Origin: Chloroflexota bacterium
GTDB taxonomy: Bacteria; Chloroflexota; Dehalococcoidia; Lucifugimonadales; UBA2985
Direction of reading: 5' to 3'
DNA length: 64,000 bases
NCBI GenBank assembly: GCA_027622595.1
Contig: JAQBZZ010000001.1
Location: 8,181-72,180, forward strand
The notes beneath the pieces were generated by a model. It was not told the DNA's origin. It saw only the letters and a program-made list of their open reading frames with translations, and did not search any database. The position numbers and the translations under genes were made by a program. Shown here one piece after another: positions 56,465 to 64,000 of this stretch (its first letter is position 1; each line of letters begins with the position of its first letter).

Positions 56465-57259
56465 GTGATACCCCTCTCAGACCCGGACGTTCAACGCCAC
56501 AGTCAGCCTTATGTGACCATGGGAATCATCGCCATTAACGCGGTGGTCTTCCTGTACGAGTTGACCCTGGGCGATTTCGGACAGACCAGGTTCTACTACG
56601 AATGGGGCCTCATCCCCGCCAAGCTCACCCAGGGCCTGAGCGAGTTTGGTCAGTATTGTGATGGACAAATCGTCCGTACAGCTTTCGGTAATCTTGTATG
56701 CCAGGGCACAATAGTTAACATGGAAGCCCCAAATCCAGCCTGGGTCACCGTATTCACCGCCATGTTCATCCACGGCGGCTTAATGCACTTTGCAGGAAAC
56801 ATGCTCTACCTGTGGGTCTTCGGCGACAACATCGAGGACAGACTGGGCCACGGGAAGTACCTGGCCTTCTACCTGACCTGTGGAGTAGCCGCCACATGGG
56901 CACAGGTGGCTATCAACACCGACAGTCCGGTTCCCACCATCGGGGCCAGCGGGGCCATTGCGGGCGTCCTGGGAGCGTATCTATTGCTATTCCCGTACAA
57001 CCGGATAAACACCCTCGTCATCATGTACTTCATCATGGTAATAAGGGTGCCTGCCCTGTTCCTGCTGGGGTTCTGGTTCTTCTTGCAGAACTTCTTCCAG
57101 GGCTTGTGGTCACTGGGATCGACAGGTGGCGGCGTTGCCTACTGGGCGCACATAGGGGGATTTGCATCTGGAATACTAGTCATAGCCCTGTATCTCAAGG
57201 TCACCGGCCAGCCTGTGTGGCCCAACGCCCGGCGTTTCCCCTGGCGATGGTCAAGGTAG
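56465..57259 (+). CDS. Rhomboid family intramembrane serine protease
   Basis: HGGLMHFAGNM, GASGAIAGVLGAY (catalytic Ser) and WAHIGGF (His). GTG start with AAGGAG 8 nt upstream. Confidence 0.88.
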   Translation: MIPLSDPDVQRHSQPYVTMGIIAINAVVFLYELTLGDFGQTRFYYEWGLIPAKLTQGLSEFGQYCDGQIVRTAFGNLVCQGTIVNMEAPNPAWVTVFTAMFIHGGLMHFAGNMLYLWVFGDNIEDRLGHGKYLAFYLTCGVAATWAQVAINTDSPVPTIGASGAIAGVLGAYLLLFPYNRINTLVIMYFIMVIRVPALFLLGFWFFLQNFFQGLWSLGSTGGGVAYWAHIGGFASGILVIALYLKVTGQPVWPNARRFPWRWSR

Positions 57260-57271
57260 CAGATCTGAAGG

Positions 57272-57946
57272 CTACAAGGCCGACAAGAATACGAAGAGCC
57301 ACAAGAATACGAAGAGCCAGTACATAAGCCCCAGAAATATGATGGCCCTCTCCCCAGCCCCGATCGGCGCATTCTGAAGAGATGGCCCACGAGACCTTTT
57401 CCAGTAGGCATTGAGGGTGCTTTGAGCCAGGATCATTGTGGTAGTGATCAGTGAAAACCGGATCAGGTTGAGGACTAACAAGCCTGTGAGGTCCTGTAGA
57501 CTCCTTGAGACAAAGCCAAGCACTACGTAGAGACCTACCAGCACCACTGCAAAGGCTGGTGTAAGGGATATCTCTATCTCGGCTCTCAGCGCCAGATTCT
57601 GAATTACCCCCACATGCTTATGAAGGCGGAACAGCCCATAAACGGGGACAAGCATGGTGAAGGCATGAGCCACTGGATAGTGGACATCTCTGGTCTCAGC
57701 TTGCAGCTGCCTCCATGTAATGTACAGCCAGTACAGAAAATACAGCCCGGATGTCACCACCGATAACACCACGATGCGAGATTGACTGATGAGCACGGCT
57801 TCATTGGCAATGCCCTCAGCAGTTTGAGGGACGCCTGGAAATTGCTCAGTCTGCGTCTCTGCAAAGCTCTGAACCCCGCAGTCGGAGCAGAAATTAGCGT
57901 GGGCTGGATTCAACCTGCCGCACTTGGTACAAACCTTCTCAGCCAT
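57272..57946 (-). CDS. Zinc-ribbon membrane protein (DUF4234-like)
   Basis: N-terminal CTKCG...CSDCG zinc ribbon followed by 4-5 TM helices. Confidence 0.6.
   Translation of the reverse strand: MAEKVCTKCGRLNPAHANFCSDCGVQSFAETQTEQFPGVPQTAEGIANEAVLISQSRIVVLSVVTSGLYFLYWLYITWRQLQAETRDVHYPVAHAFTMLVPVYGLFRLHKHVGVIQNLALRAEIEISLTPAFAVVLVGLYVVLGFVSRSLQDLTGLLVLNLIRFSLITTTMILAQSTLNAYWKRSRGPSLQNAPIGAGERAIIFLGLMYWLFVFLWLFVFLSAL
57283..57318. repeat. Perfect 18-bp tandem duplication inside the 3' end of a CDS
   Basis: ACAAGAATACGAAGAGCC occurs twice (57283-57300 and 57301-57318). It encodes the duplicated WLFVFL in the C-terminal TM segment. Confidence 0.9.
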
Positions 57947-58031
57947 AGTGGGTCTCCAGCGTTTCTACCCTATTGCACATGAATGCTGTGGACATGGTCA
58001 GGAGGGCATTTCTTGAATAAGTACAAAAGAC

Positions 58032-58754
58032 TCAGGATTCAAAACCCGGGCCCTTCTCCTTGAGGCTGATGAACCCGTTCTGGGCCACTACCAGGTGGTC
58101 CAGAACTTCGATGTCCAGAAGCCTGCCGGCTTCTACAAGCTGCTCGGTAACCCGTACGTCCTCTTCGCTCGGCGTGGGGTCGCCAGATGGGTGGTTGTGC
58201 ACAACGATTACCGCGGGGGCGTTGGAACGCACCGCGTCGCGAAAGACCTCACCTGCCCGGACGACGGCGGAATTCACGTTACCTCGGTACACCTCCGGGA
58301 TTGCCAGCACCTGGTTTCTGGTGTTGAGCAGCACCACTCGCAGGTGCTCCTGATCCAGGAATGCCATTTCCCCCTGCAGGAGGTTTGCAACGTCCTGAGG
58401 AGAGTGAATGGTTACCCGTTCATTCTCCTGGAGCGATAGAAGGCGTCGGCCCAACTCGAAGGCTGCCTTCAGCTGAGATGTCTTGGCCTCGCCAAAGCCG
58501 TGAATGCGTTGCAACTCATCGTAGCTGGCCTTTGCCAGCCCTGCCAGCCCACCGAACTGCGACAGCAGCCGAGCGCTCAGGCTGAGGACGCTCTCGGAAG
58601 ATGTGCCGGTGCGCAGTATGATAGCCAGGAGTTCCGCGTTGCTCAGGTACGACGGCCCATAGTTACGAAGCCGCTCACGTGGCCGCTCCGCCGCAGGGAG
58701 GTCACGGATCATCACATAGTACTCGGGTGGGCTCTTGCCAGCGGTCATTCTCAT
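58032..58754 (-). CDS. radC: RadC-like JAB/MPN domain protein
   Basis: ERPRERL, a HhH region and the JAMM motif [14 protein letters not shown]. An alternative start is ATG 58712 ([13 protein letters not shown]). Confidence 0.88.
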   Translation of the reverse strand: MRMTAGKSPPEYYVMIRDLPAAERPRERLRNYGPSYLSNAELLAIILRTGTSSESVLSLSARLLSQFGGLAGLAKASYDELQRIHGFGEAKTSQLKAAFELGRRLLSLQENERVTIHSPQDVANLLQGEMAFLDQEHLRVVLLNTRNQVLAIPEVYRGNVNSAVVRAGEVFRDAVRSNAPAVIVVHNHPSGDPTPSEEDVRVTEQLVEAGRLLDIEVLDHLVVAQNGFISLKEKGPGFES

Positions 58755-58946
58755 AAACCGCCGTAACTATGACGGATAAACCGGCCCATCCTGACTGGCA
58801 CCCTGTGTTTCCTCATCTTGCATCTCAAAGCAATTGGAGCAGACGTTCCTATCCCTGCGACGGCTCATGGCCCGTGTCTAAGGCTCCTTAATAGGGCCAG
58901 GGGCCTCTTATATCAATACGAAAGAACCTCGCTGAATGCGGAGATG

Positions 58947-59327
58947 CTACTGTACTGAGACCACAGCGCCGGCTGCCTCCAGCTTCTCCTTGATCTTCTC
59001 GGCCTCTTCCCTGGGGATTCCCTCTTTTACGGTCTGAGGAGCGCCCTCAACCAGGTCCTTGGCCTCTTTGAGACCCAAGGTAGTGACCTCTCGTACGCCC
59101 TTTATGACGTTTATCTTGTTCGGGCCGATTTCCTTTAGGACAACATCAAACTCGGTCTTCTCTTCTGCATCAGCCGCTGCAACCGCTGCTCCGGCGGCTG
59201 GGGCAGCCGCCATCGCCACTGGTGCCGCAGCGCTAACGCCGAACTCAGTCTCCAGCATTTTTACAAGCTCCGCCAGGTCCAGCACAGACATTCCTTTAAC
59301 GGCTTCTAGTACCTCATCCTTTGTCAT
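58947..59327 (-). CDS. rplL: 50S ribosomal protein L7/L12
   Basis: [31 protein letters not shown]...KVGVIKGVRE-like...[10 protein letters not shown] set the start to ATG 59327 (GAGGAAGG upstream). Confidence 0.95.
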   Translation of the reverse strand: MTKDEVLEAVKGMSVLDLAELVKMLETEFGVSAAAPVAMAAAPAAGAAVAAADAEEKTEFDVVLKEIGPNKINVIKGVREVTTLGLKEAKDLVEGAPQTVKEGIPREEAEKIKEKLEAAGAVVSVQ

Positions 59328-59361
59328 TTTCTTTCCTTCCTCAAATGTAATCGATCGTCGG

Positions 59362-60006
59362 TTAGGGATTCTCTTGTGCATCGGCTTCTGCCACAGTCTC
59401 AACCGCTGCTTCTGGCTCAGGCGCTGCTTCTGCCGTCTCTATAGAAGCCTCGGTCGTCTGGAGAGAGCCTTCCCCGGGCTGGCTCTGACCCTGGCGCTGG
59501 TCTGCTGCACGCTGTAGAACAGTAACCAGGCCCCTTAGAGGCGCACTGAGTACGTATACCAGCCCTGTTATGGGCGCCTGCAGTTGCCCTAACAATCTGG
59601 CTATCAACTGGTCCTTTGGAGGTAGCGAAGCCAGGTTGATAACCTGGGCCGCAGTGAGGATGTTGCCATCCATCATCGCTCCCTGGATAACCAGTGGCAT
59701 CCGGGTAGTGGTTATGTACTCGTTAATTCCTTTGGCAACGGCAACTACGTCCCCATAGCCAAAGGCCAGTGCTGAGGGCCCCTGTAGGACGCTGTCCATA
59801 CCCTCCTTGCCAAGTTCACTGGCAGCCCGCAGAGTTAGGGTATTCTTAATCACCCTGTACTCCACTCCTTGCCCCCTTAGTCGTTCCCTCAAGTCCGTCA
59901 TATTAGCGGCGGACATACCCTGATATCCGGTGGCGACGGCAATCGTGCACCGGCCCAGTCTATCCTTTATTTCCTCTACCTGGCTTTCCTTCTTTGGAGT
60001 AGGCAT
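59362..60006 (-). CDS. rplJ: 50S ribosomal protein L10 with an acidic C-terminal extension
   Basis: The start is [17 protein letters not shown] at ATG 60006. The L10 core is followed by about 45 extra residues ([43 protein letters not shown]). Confidence 0.92.
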   Translation of the reverse strand: MPTPKKESQVEEIKDRLGRCTIAVATGYQGMSAANMTDLRERLRGQGVEYRVIKNTLTLRAASELGKEGMDSVLQGPSALAFGYGDVVAVAKGINEYITTTRMPLVIQGAMMDGNILTAAQVINLASLPPKDQLIARLLGQLQAPITGLVYVLSAPLRGLVTVLQRAADQRQGQSQPGEGSLQTTEASIETAEAAPEPEAAVETVAEADAQENP

Positions 60007-60159
60007 AACGCTCCTCTTAACAATTAAGGCTCCTCGAGTCAGAACATCGGGGAGCCCCACTTACATGGTAACCTTGAGTAATCCCTCACATTCTGCCTCG
60101 GCGGGATGGGTACATCCATTAAGGCTCAGTGGCCTCCCGCTTTCTCTGGCAATACCTGA
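60007..60159 (-). promoter_or_regulatory. Possible L10 leader (autoregulatory 5' UTR of rplJL)
   Basis: The 153-nt non-coding gap between rplA and rplJ is where L10(L12)4-binding leaders sit in many bacteria. I did not verify the structure. Confidence 0.3.
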
Positions 60160-60870
60160 TTAGTTGCTCATTGTTAGCATCCTGGAAACATCTAGCTTAA
60201 TGCTGGGTCCCATGGTAGTGGTGAGGTACGCAGTTCTTATGAACTGACCCTTCACCGCCGATGGACGCGCCTTTATCACCGTATCTAGCAAAGCATTCAT
60301 ATTCTCCAAGAGCTTCTCAGCATCAAAACTCACCTTCCCCAGAGGGACGTGAATTATGGCCGTACGGTCCAAGCGGAACTCTATCCGTCCCTGCTTGGCC
60401 TCATTAATCGCTCTTGCAAAGTCCTGGGGCTGCACCACGGTGCCTGCCCTTGGATTGGGCATCAACCCCCGTCGGCCAAGCACTCGACCCAAACGACCGA
60501 CCTTTCCCATCAAATCAGGAGTGGCTATTGCCACGTCGAAATCCACCCACCCCTCTTCGACCTTCTTCACCAGATCATCGTCTCCAACATAGTCGGCCCC
60601 GGCCTGGCGAGCGGCGGTGGCGGCTTCGCCGGCGGCGAAGACCAGCACCCGGACCTGCTTGCCAAGGCCATGGGGCAAGAGCACAACCCCTCGCACCAGT
60701 TGGTCTGCATGTCTGGGGTCCGAGCTGGTGCGCATGTGAAGCTCCACCGTCTCATCGAACTTGGCCTTGGCCGTCTCCTTGGCCAGGGTTAGCGCCTCAA
60801 TTGGCGAGTAGCTTTTGTCGTGTTCTACCGCCTTGGCTGCATCCTGGTACTGTTTTCCGTGTTTTACCAT
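60160..60870 (-). CDS. rplA: 50S ribosomal protein L1
   Basis: 236 aa with the full-length L1 pattern ([10 protein letters not shown]..., [13 protein letters not shown]). Confidence 0.96.
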   Translation of the reverse strand: MVKHGKQYQDAAKAVEHDKSYSPIEALTLAKETAKAKFDETVELHMRTSSDPRHADQLVRGVVLLPHGLGKQVRVLVFAAGEAATAARQAGADYVGDDDLVKKVEEGWVDFDVAIATPDLMGKVGRLGRVLGRRGLMPNPRAGTVVQPQDFARAINEAKQGRIEFRLDRTAIIHVPLGKVSFDAEKLLENMNALLDTVIKARPSAVKGQFIRTAYLTTTMGPSIKLDVSRMLTMSN

Positions 60871-60892
60871 GAGTTGCTATATCCCCTTATTC

Positions 60893-61318
60893 CTATTCCG
60901 TTACCTGAACGCCCATGCTCTTGGCCGTCCCTTCGATTATCTTCACAGCCGCCTCTATGTCCGGGGCATTCAGATCAGCCAGTTTCAACTGAGCTATCTC
61001 CCGTACTGCAGCTCTCGACACGCTGCCGACGGACTTGGTACGAGCGGAAGCACTCCCCTTTGTAATCCCCGCGGACCTGCGTATCAGGTCGGATGCCGGA
61101 GGCGTCTTCGCGACGAAGGTGAATGACCTGTCTTCGTATATGGTGATATGCACGGGGACAATGGTACCCTCTTTGCTAAAAGTCTGCTCATTGTACTCCT
61201 TAACAAAGGCCATGATGTTAACACCGTGCTGACCAAGCGCTGGGCCAACCGGGGGCGCGGGAGTCGCCTTACCTGCAGACAACTGAAGCTTGACTATGGC
61301 CCGTACCTTCTTAGCCAT
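60893..61318 (-). CDS. rplK: 50S ribosomal protein L11
   Basis: 141 aa with [29 protein letters not shown]. Confidence 0.97.
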   Translation of the reverse strand: MAKKVRAIVKLQLSAGKATPAPPVGPALGQHGVNIMAFVKEYNEQTFSKEGTIVPVHITIYEDRSFTFVAKTPPASDLIRRSAGITKGSASARTKSVGSVSRAAVREIAQLKLADLNAPDIEAAVKIIEGTAKSMGVQVTE

Positions 61319-61327
61319 TCATATCTC

Positions 61328-61888
61328 CTAAAGTTTCTCCACCTGGAGAAAGTCCAATTCAACAGGTGTCTCTCTGCCAAAGAAAGAGACAAGAACACTA
61401 ACTTTACCACGATCGGACATGACCTGGTCCACAACACCAATGAAGTCGGTAAATGGACCGTCAGTAATTCGCACGCTCTGACCCAAAGTAAAGCCCACTC
61501 TCACCCTGGGAGCCTCGGACTCCATCTGCTTGAGAATTCGCTCCACTTCCCGTTCCTCCAGCGGCACGGGTTTTGGTCTCCGCTCCTTCTCATCCTCTGC
61601 CGATACAAATCCGGTAACTCCTGGAGTGTTCCGCACCACGTGCCAGCTATCGTCATCCATGTCCATCTGTATCAAGATGTACCCGGGGAATACCTTCCGC
61701 CTCACTGACCTCCGCCTTCCTTCCTTGATCTCTATCTCTTCCTCCGTAGGCACCACCACCTGGAAAATCTTGTCATGGATATCCATAGAGGCAACACGCT
61801 GGTCGAGGTTTTTCTTCACCCGTTCCTCCTGCCCAGAGTAGGTATGGATAATATACCAGCGCGCTTCTTGTTCGTTTATCGTACTCAT
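61328..61888 (-). CDS. nusG: Transcription termination/antitermination factor NusG
   Basis: 186 aa with WYIIHTYSGQEERV (NGN domain) and a C-terminal KOW (VRITDGPFTDFIGVV). Confidence 0.95.
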   Translation of the reverse strand: MSTINEQEARWYIIHTYSGQEERVKKNLDQRVASMDIHDKIFQVVVPTEEEIEIKEGRRRSVRRKVFPGYILIQMDMDDDSWHVVRNTPGVTGFVSAEDEKERRPKPVPLEEREVERILKQMESEAPRVRVGFTLGQSVRITDGPFTDFIGVVDQVMSDRGKVSVLVSFFGRETPVELDFLQVEKL

Positions 61889-61917
61889 ATGTGTTCCATA
61901 AAAACGGACGTCCAGTC

Positions 61918-62157
61918 CTACCCCACCAAAAACCTGAACATCCGGCCAAAGGCCAGATCAACTACTACCAGTAGCACTCCGACGAATGTCGAGATAACTA
62001 TAACGAGGATTGTAAGGCGCGTGGCCTGCTCTCTGCTTGGCCACACCACCCTCCTCAGCTCCGCAATCGTCTCGCGGAAGAACTGGAACCCAAGTCCTCG
62101 TCGAGCAGGTTCGGAGCCCGCCGACCGCGGCGTTCGTTTAGCCGGAGATCTGGCCAC
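61918..62157 (-). CDS. secE: Preprotein translocase subunit SecE
   Basis: 79 aa with FFRETIAELRRVVWPSREQ followed by a single TM helix. It holds the conserved position before nusG. Confidence 0.9.
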   Translation of the reverse strand: MARSPAKRTPRSAGSEPARRGLGFQFFRETIAELRRVVWPSREQATRLTILVIVISTFVGVLLVVVDLAFGRMFRFLVG

Positions 62158-62163
62158 TGCTAT

Positions 62164-62334
62164 CTACCTTATCTCTCTGTGCGCAACGTGCTGGCGGCAG
62201 CGAGGGCAATACTTGGTGAGTTCCATGCGTTGCGGGTCGCTACGCTGATTCTTCACCGTAGTATAGTTTCTCTCCCGACAGTCGCTGCATGCCAGAGTGA
62301 TGATGGGACGTGCCTCTCCTCTTCTTTTAGCCAT
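62164..62334 (-). CDS. rpmG: 50S ribosomal protein L33
   Basis: My own translation gives [56 protein letters not shown] (56 aa, Cys4 form). It is too short for the ORF track. Confidence 0.9.
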   Translation of the reverse strand: MAKRRGEARPIITLACSDCRERNYTTVKNQRSDPQRMELTKYCPRCRQHVAHREIR

Positions 62335-62343
62335 TTCTCCTCT

Positions 62344-63546
<1,203 letters not shown>

Positions 63547-63571
63547 GCCCAGTTACCTCCTTCATATTGCG

Positions 63572-63646
63572 TGGAGCCCACAACCGGAGTTGAACCGGTG
63601 ACCCCGTTCTTACCAAGAACGTGCTCTACCTCTGAGCTATGTGGGC
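63572..63646 (-). tRNA. tRNA-Thr (anticodon GGU), CCA encoded
   Basis: Hand-folded cloverleaf of GCCCACATAGCTCAGAGGTAGAGCACGTTCTTGGTAAGAACGGGGTCACCGGTTCAACTCCGGTTGTGGGCTCCA. The anticodon loop is TTGGTAA. Confidence 0.9.
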
Positions 63647-63674
63647 AAAAGCTTATTTCCCTTAGTTTTTTCTC

Positions 63675-63762
63675 TGGTGGAGGGGGTAGGATTCGAACCT
63701 ACGAAGCCCTTCCGGGCGCCAGATTTACAGTCTGGTGGTATTAGCCGCTCACCCACCCCTCC
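63675..63762 (-). tRNA. tRNA-Tyr (anticodon GUA), long variable arm, CCA encoded
   Basis: GGAGGGGTGGGTGAGCGGCTAATACCACCAGACTGTAAATCTGG...GTAGGTTCGAATCCTACCCCCTCCACCA. The anticodon loop is CTGTAAA. Confidence 0.9.
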
Positions 63763-63852
63763 GGCACATGTCAAGTCTATCACCCACGGAAAGGGCGTCC
63801 AAGTCCCTTTCCTCCCTCTCAAATCGATATCTCCTCTTTATTATTGCATTAC

Positions 63853-63925
63853 AGCCCGAGAGGGGATTCGAACCCACTAGCCTACCGATTACAAATCGGT
63901 TGCGCTACCCTTGCGCCACTCGGGC
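63853..63925 (-). tRNA. tRNA-Thr (anticodon UGU), no encoded CCA
   Basis: GCCCGAGTGGCGCAAGGGTAGCGCAACCGATTTGTAATCGGTAGGCTAGTGGGTTCGAATCCCCTCTCGGGCT. The anticodon loop is TTTGTAA. My hand fold has one T-stem mismatch. Confidence 0.8.
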
Positions 63926-64000
63926 ATCCTTCCTGGCACACAGAACACAACTTCCCCTTAGGGAAGTTGCCCTAATGATAACACAGTTAGCCATGCCCTT

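Noticed and set aside
63943-63964. A hairpin CAACTTCCC-CTTA-GGGAAGTTG at the right edge of the window.
   Set aside because: The stem is real, but the window ends too soon to tell which transcript it belongs to, so I made no feature call.

Overview
The window is gene-dense, about 58% GC by eye, with roughly 62 protein genes and 3 tRNAs. I saw no rRNA, CRISPR array, transposase, integrase or prophage genes. The protein signatures are NiSOD plus its SodX protease, a PAC2 protein, UPF0182, family III CoA-transferases and the EF-Tu sequence. They suggest a Chloroflexota (Dehalococcoidia or SAR202-like) or actinobacteria-like organism, but this is inference only.

Layout:
- **1-19.8 kb, minus strand:** PHP phosphoesterase, ymdB-rny, small housekeeping genes, rpe, an arginine operon (argJ-argB-UPF0182-argD-argG-argH) and pncB.
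- **20-24.4 kb:** an orphan SbcC/Rad50-like ATPase, an MFS transporter and a PH-domain membrane protein.
- **24.6-43.7 kb, plus strand:**
  - A run of genes that recycle SAM by-products: hpt, ade, HAD, mtnA, mtnP, rhodanese, adenosine kinase, ahcY, metK.
  - A GDP-mannose set: nucleotidyltransferase, PMM, PGI/PMI.
  - ffh, followed by a tandem-fused double CoA-transferase.
- **43.7-64 kb:** mutM, a low-GC HEPN gene, PAC2, sodN/sodX, a Dpm1-like GT2, glnB-amt, cytochrome c, larB, hflKC, a TreT-like glycosyltransferase, rhomboid, radC, the rplL-rplJ-rplA-rplK-nusG-secE-rpmG-tuf cluster, and tRNA-Thr/Tyr/Thr.

Most interesting observations:
1. A pentapeptide-repeat::TIR fusion gene whose stop overlaps the rpe start.
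2. A stand-alone Swt1-like HEPN (Rx4H) protein in a low-GC insertion.
3. A modular hairpin-forming repeat family with at least 8 larger copies, all intergenic.
4. UPF0182 embedded in the arg operon with overlaps on both sides.
5. A double CoA-transferase whose second half appears to lack the catalytic Asp.
6. Three GTTAC direct repeats at 11-bp spacing upstream of amt-glnB, resembling actinobacterial GlnR boxes.
7. Three otherwise intact ORFs interrupted by a single in-frame stop (TGA in an SRPBCC gene, TGA in a TreT-like gene, TAG in an orphan ORF). Normal genes here still end in TGA and TAG.

All functional calls come from reading the translations by eye. No database search was run.
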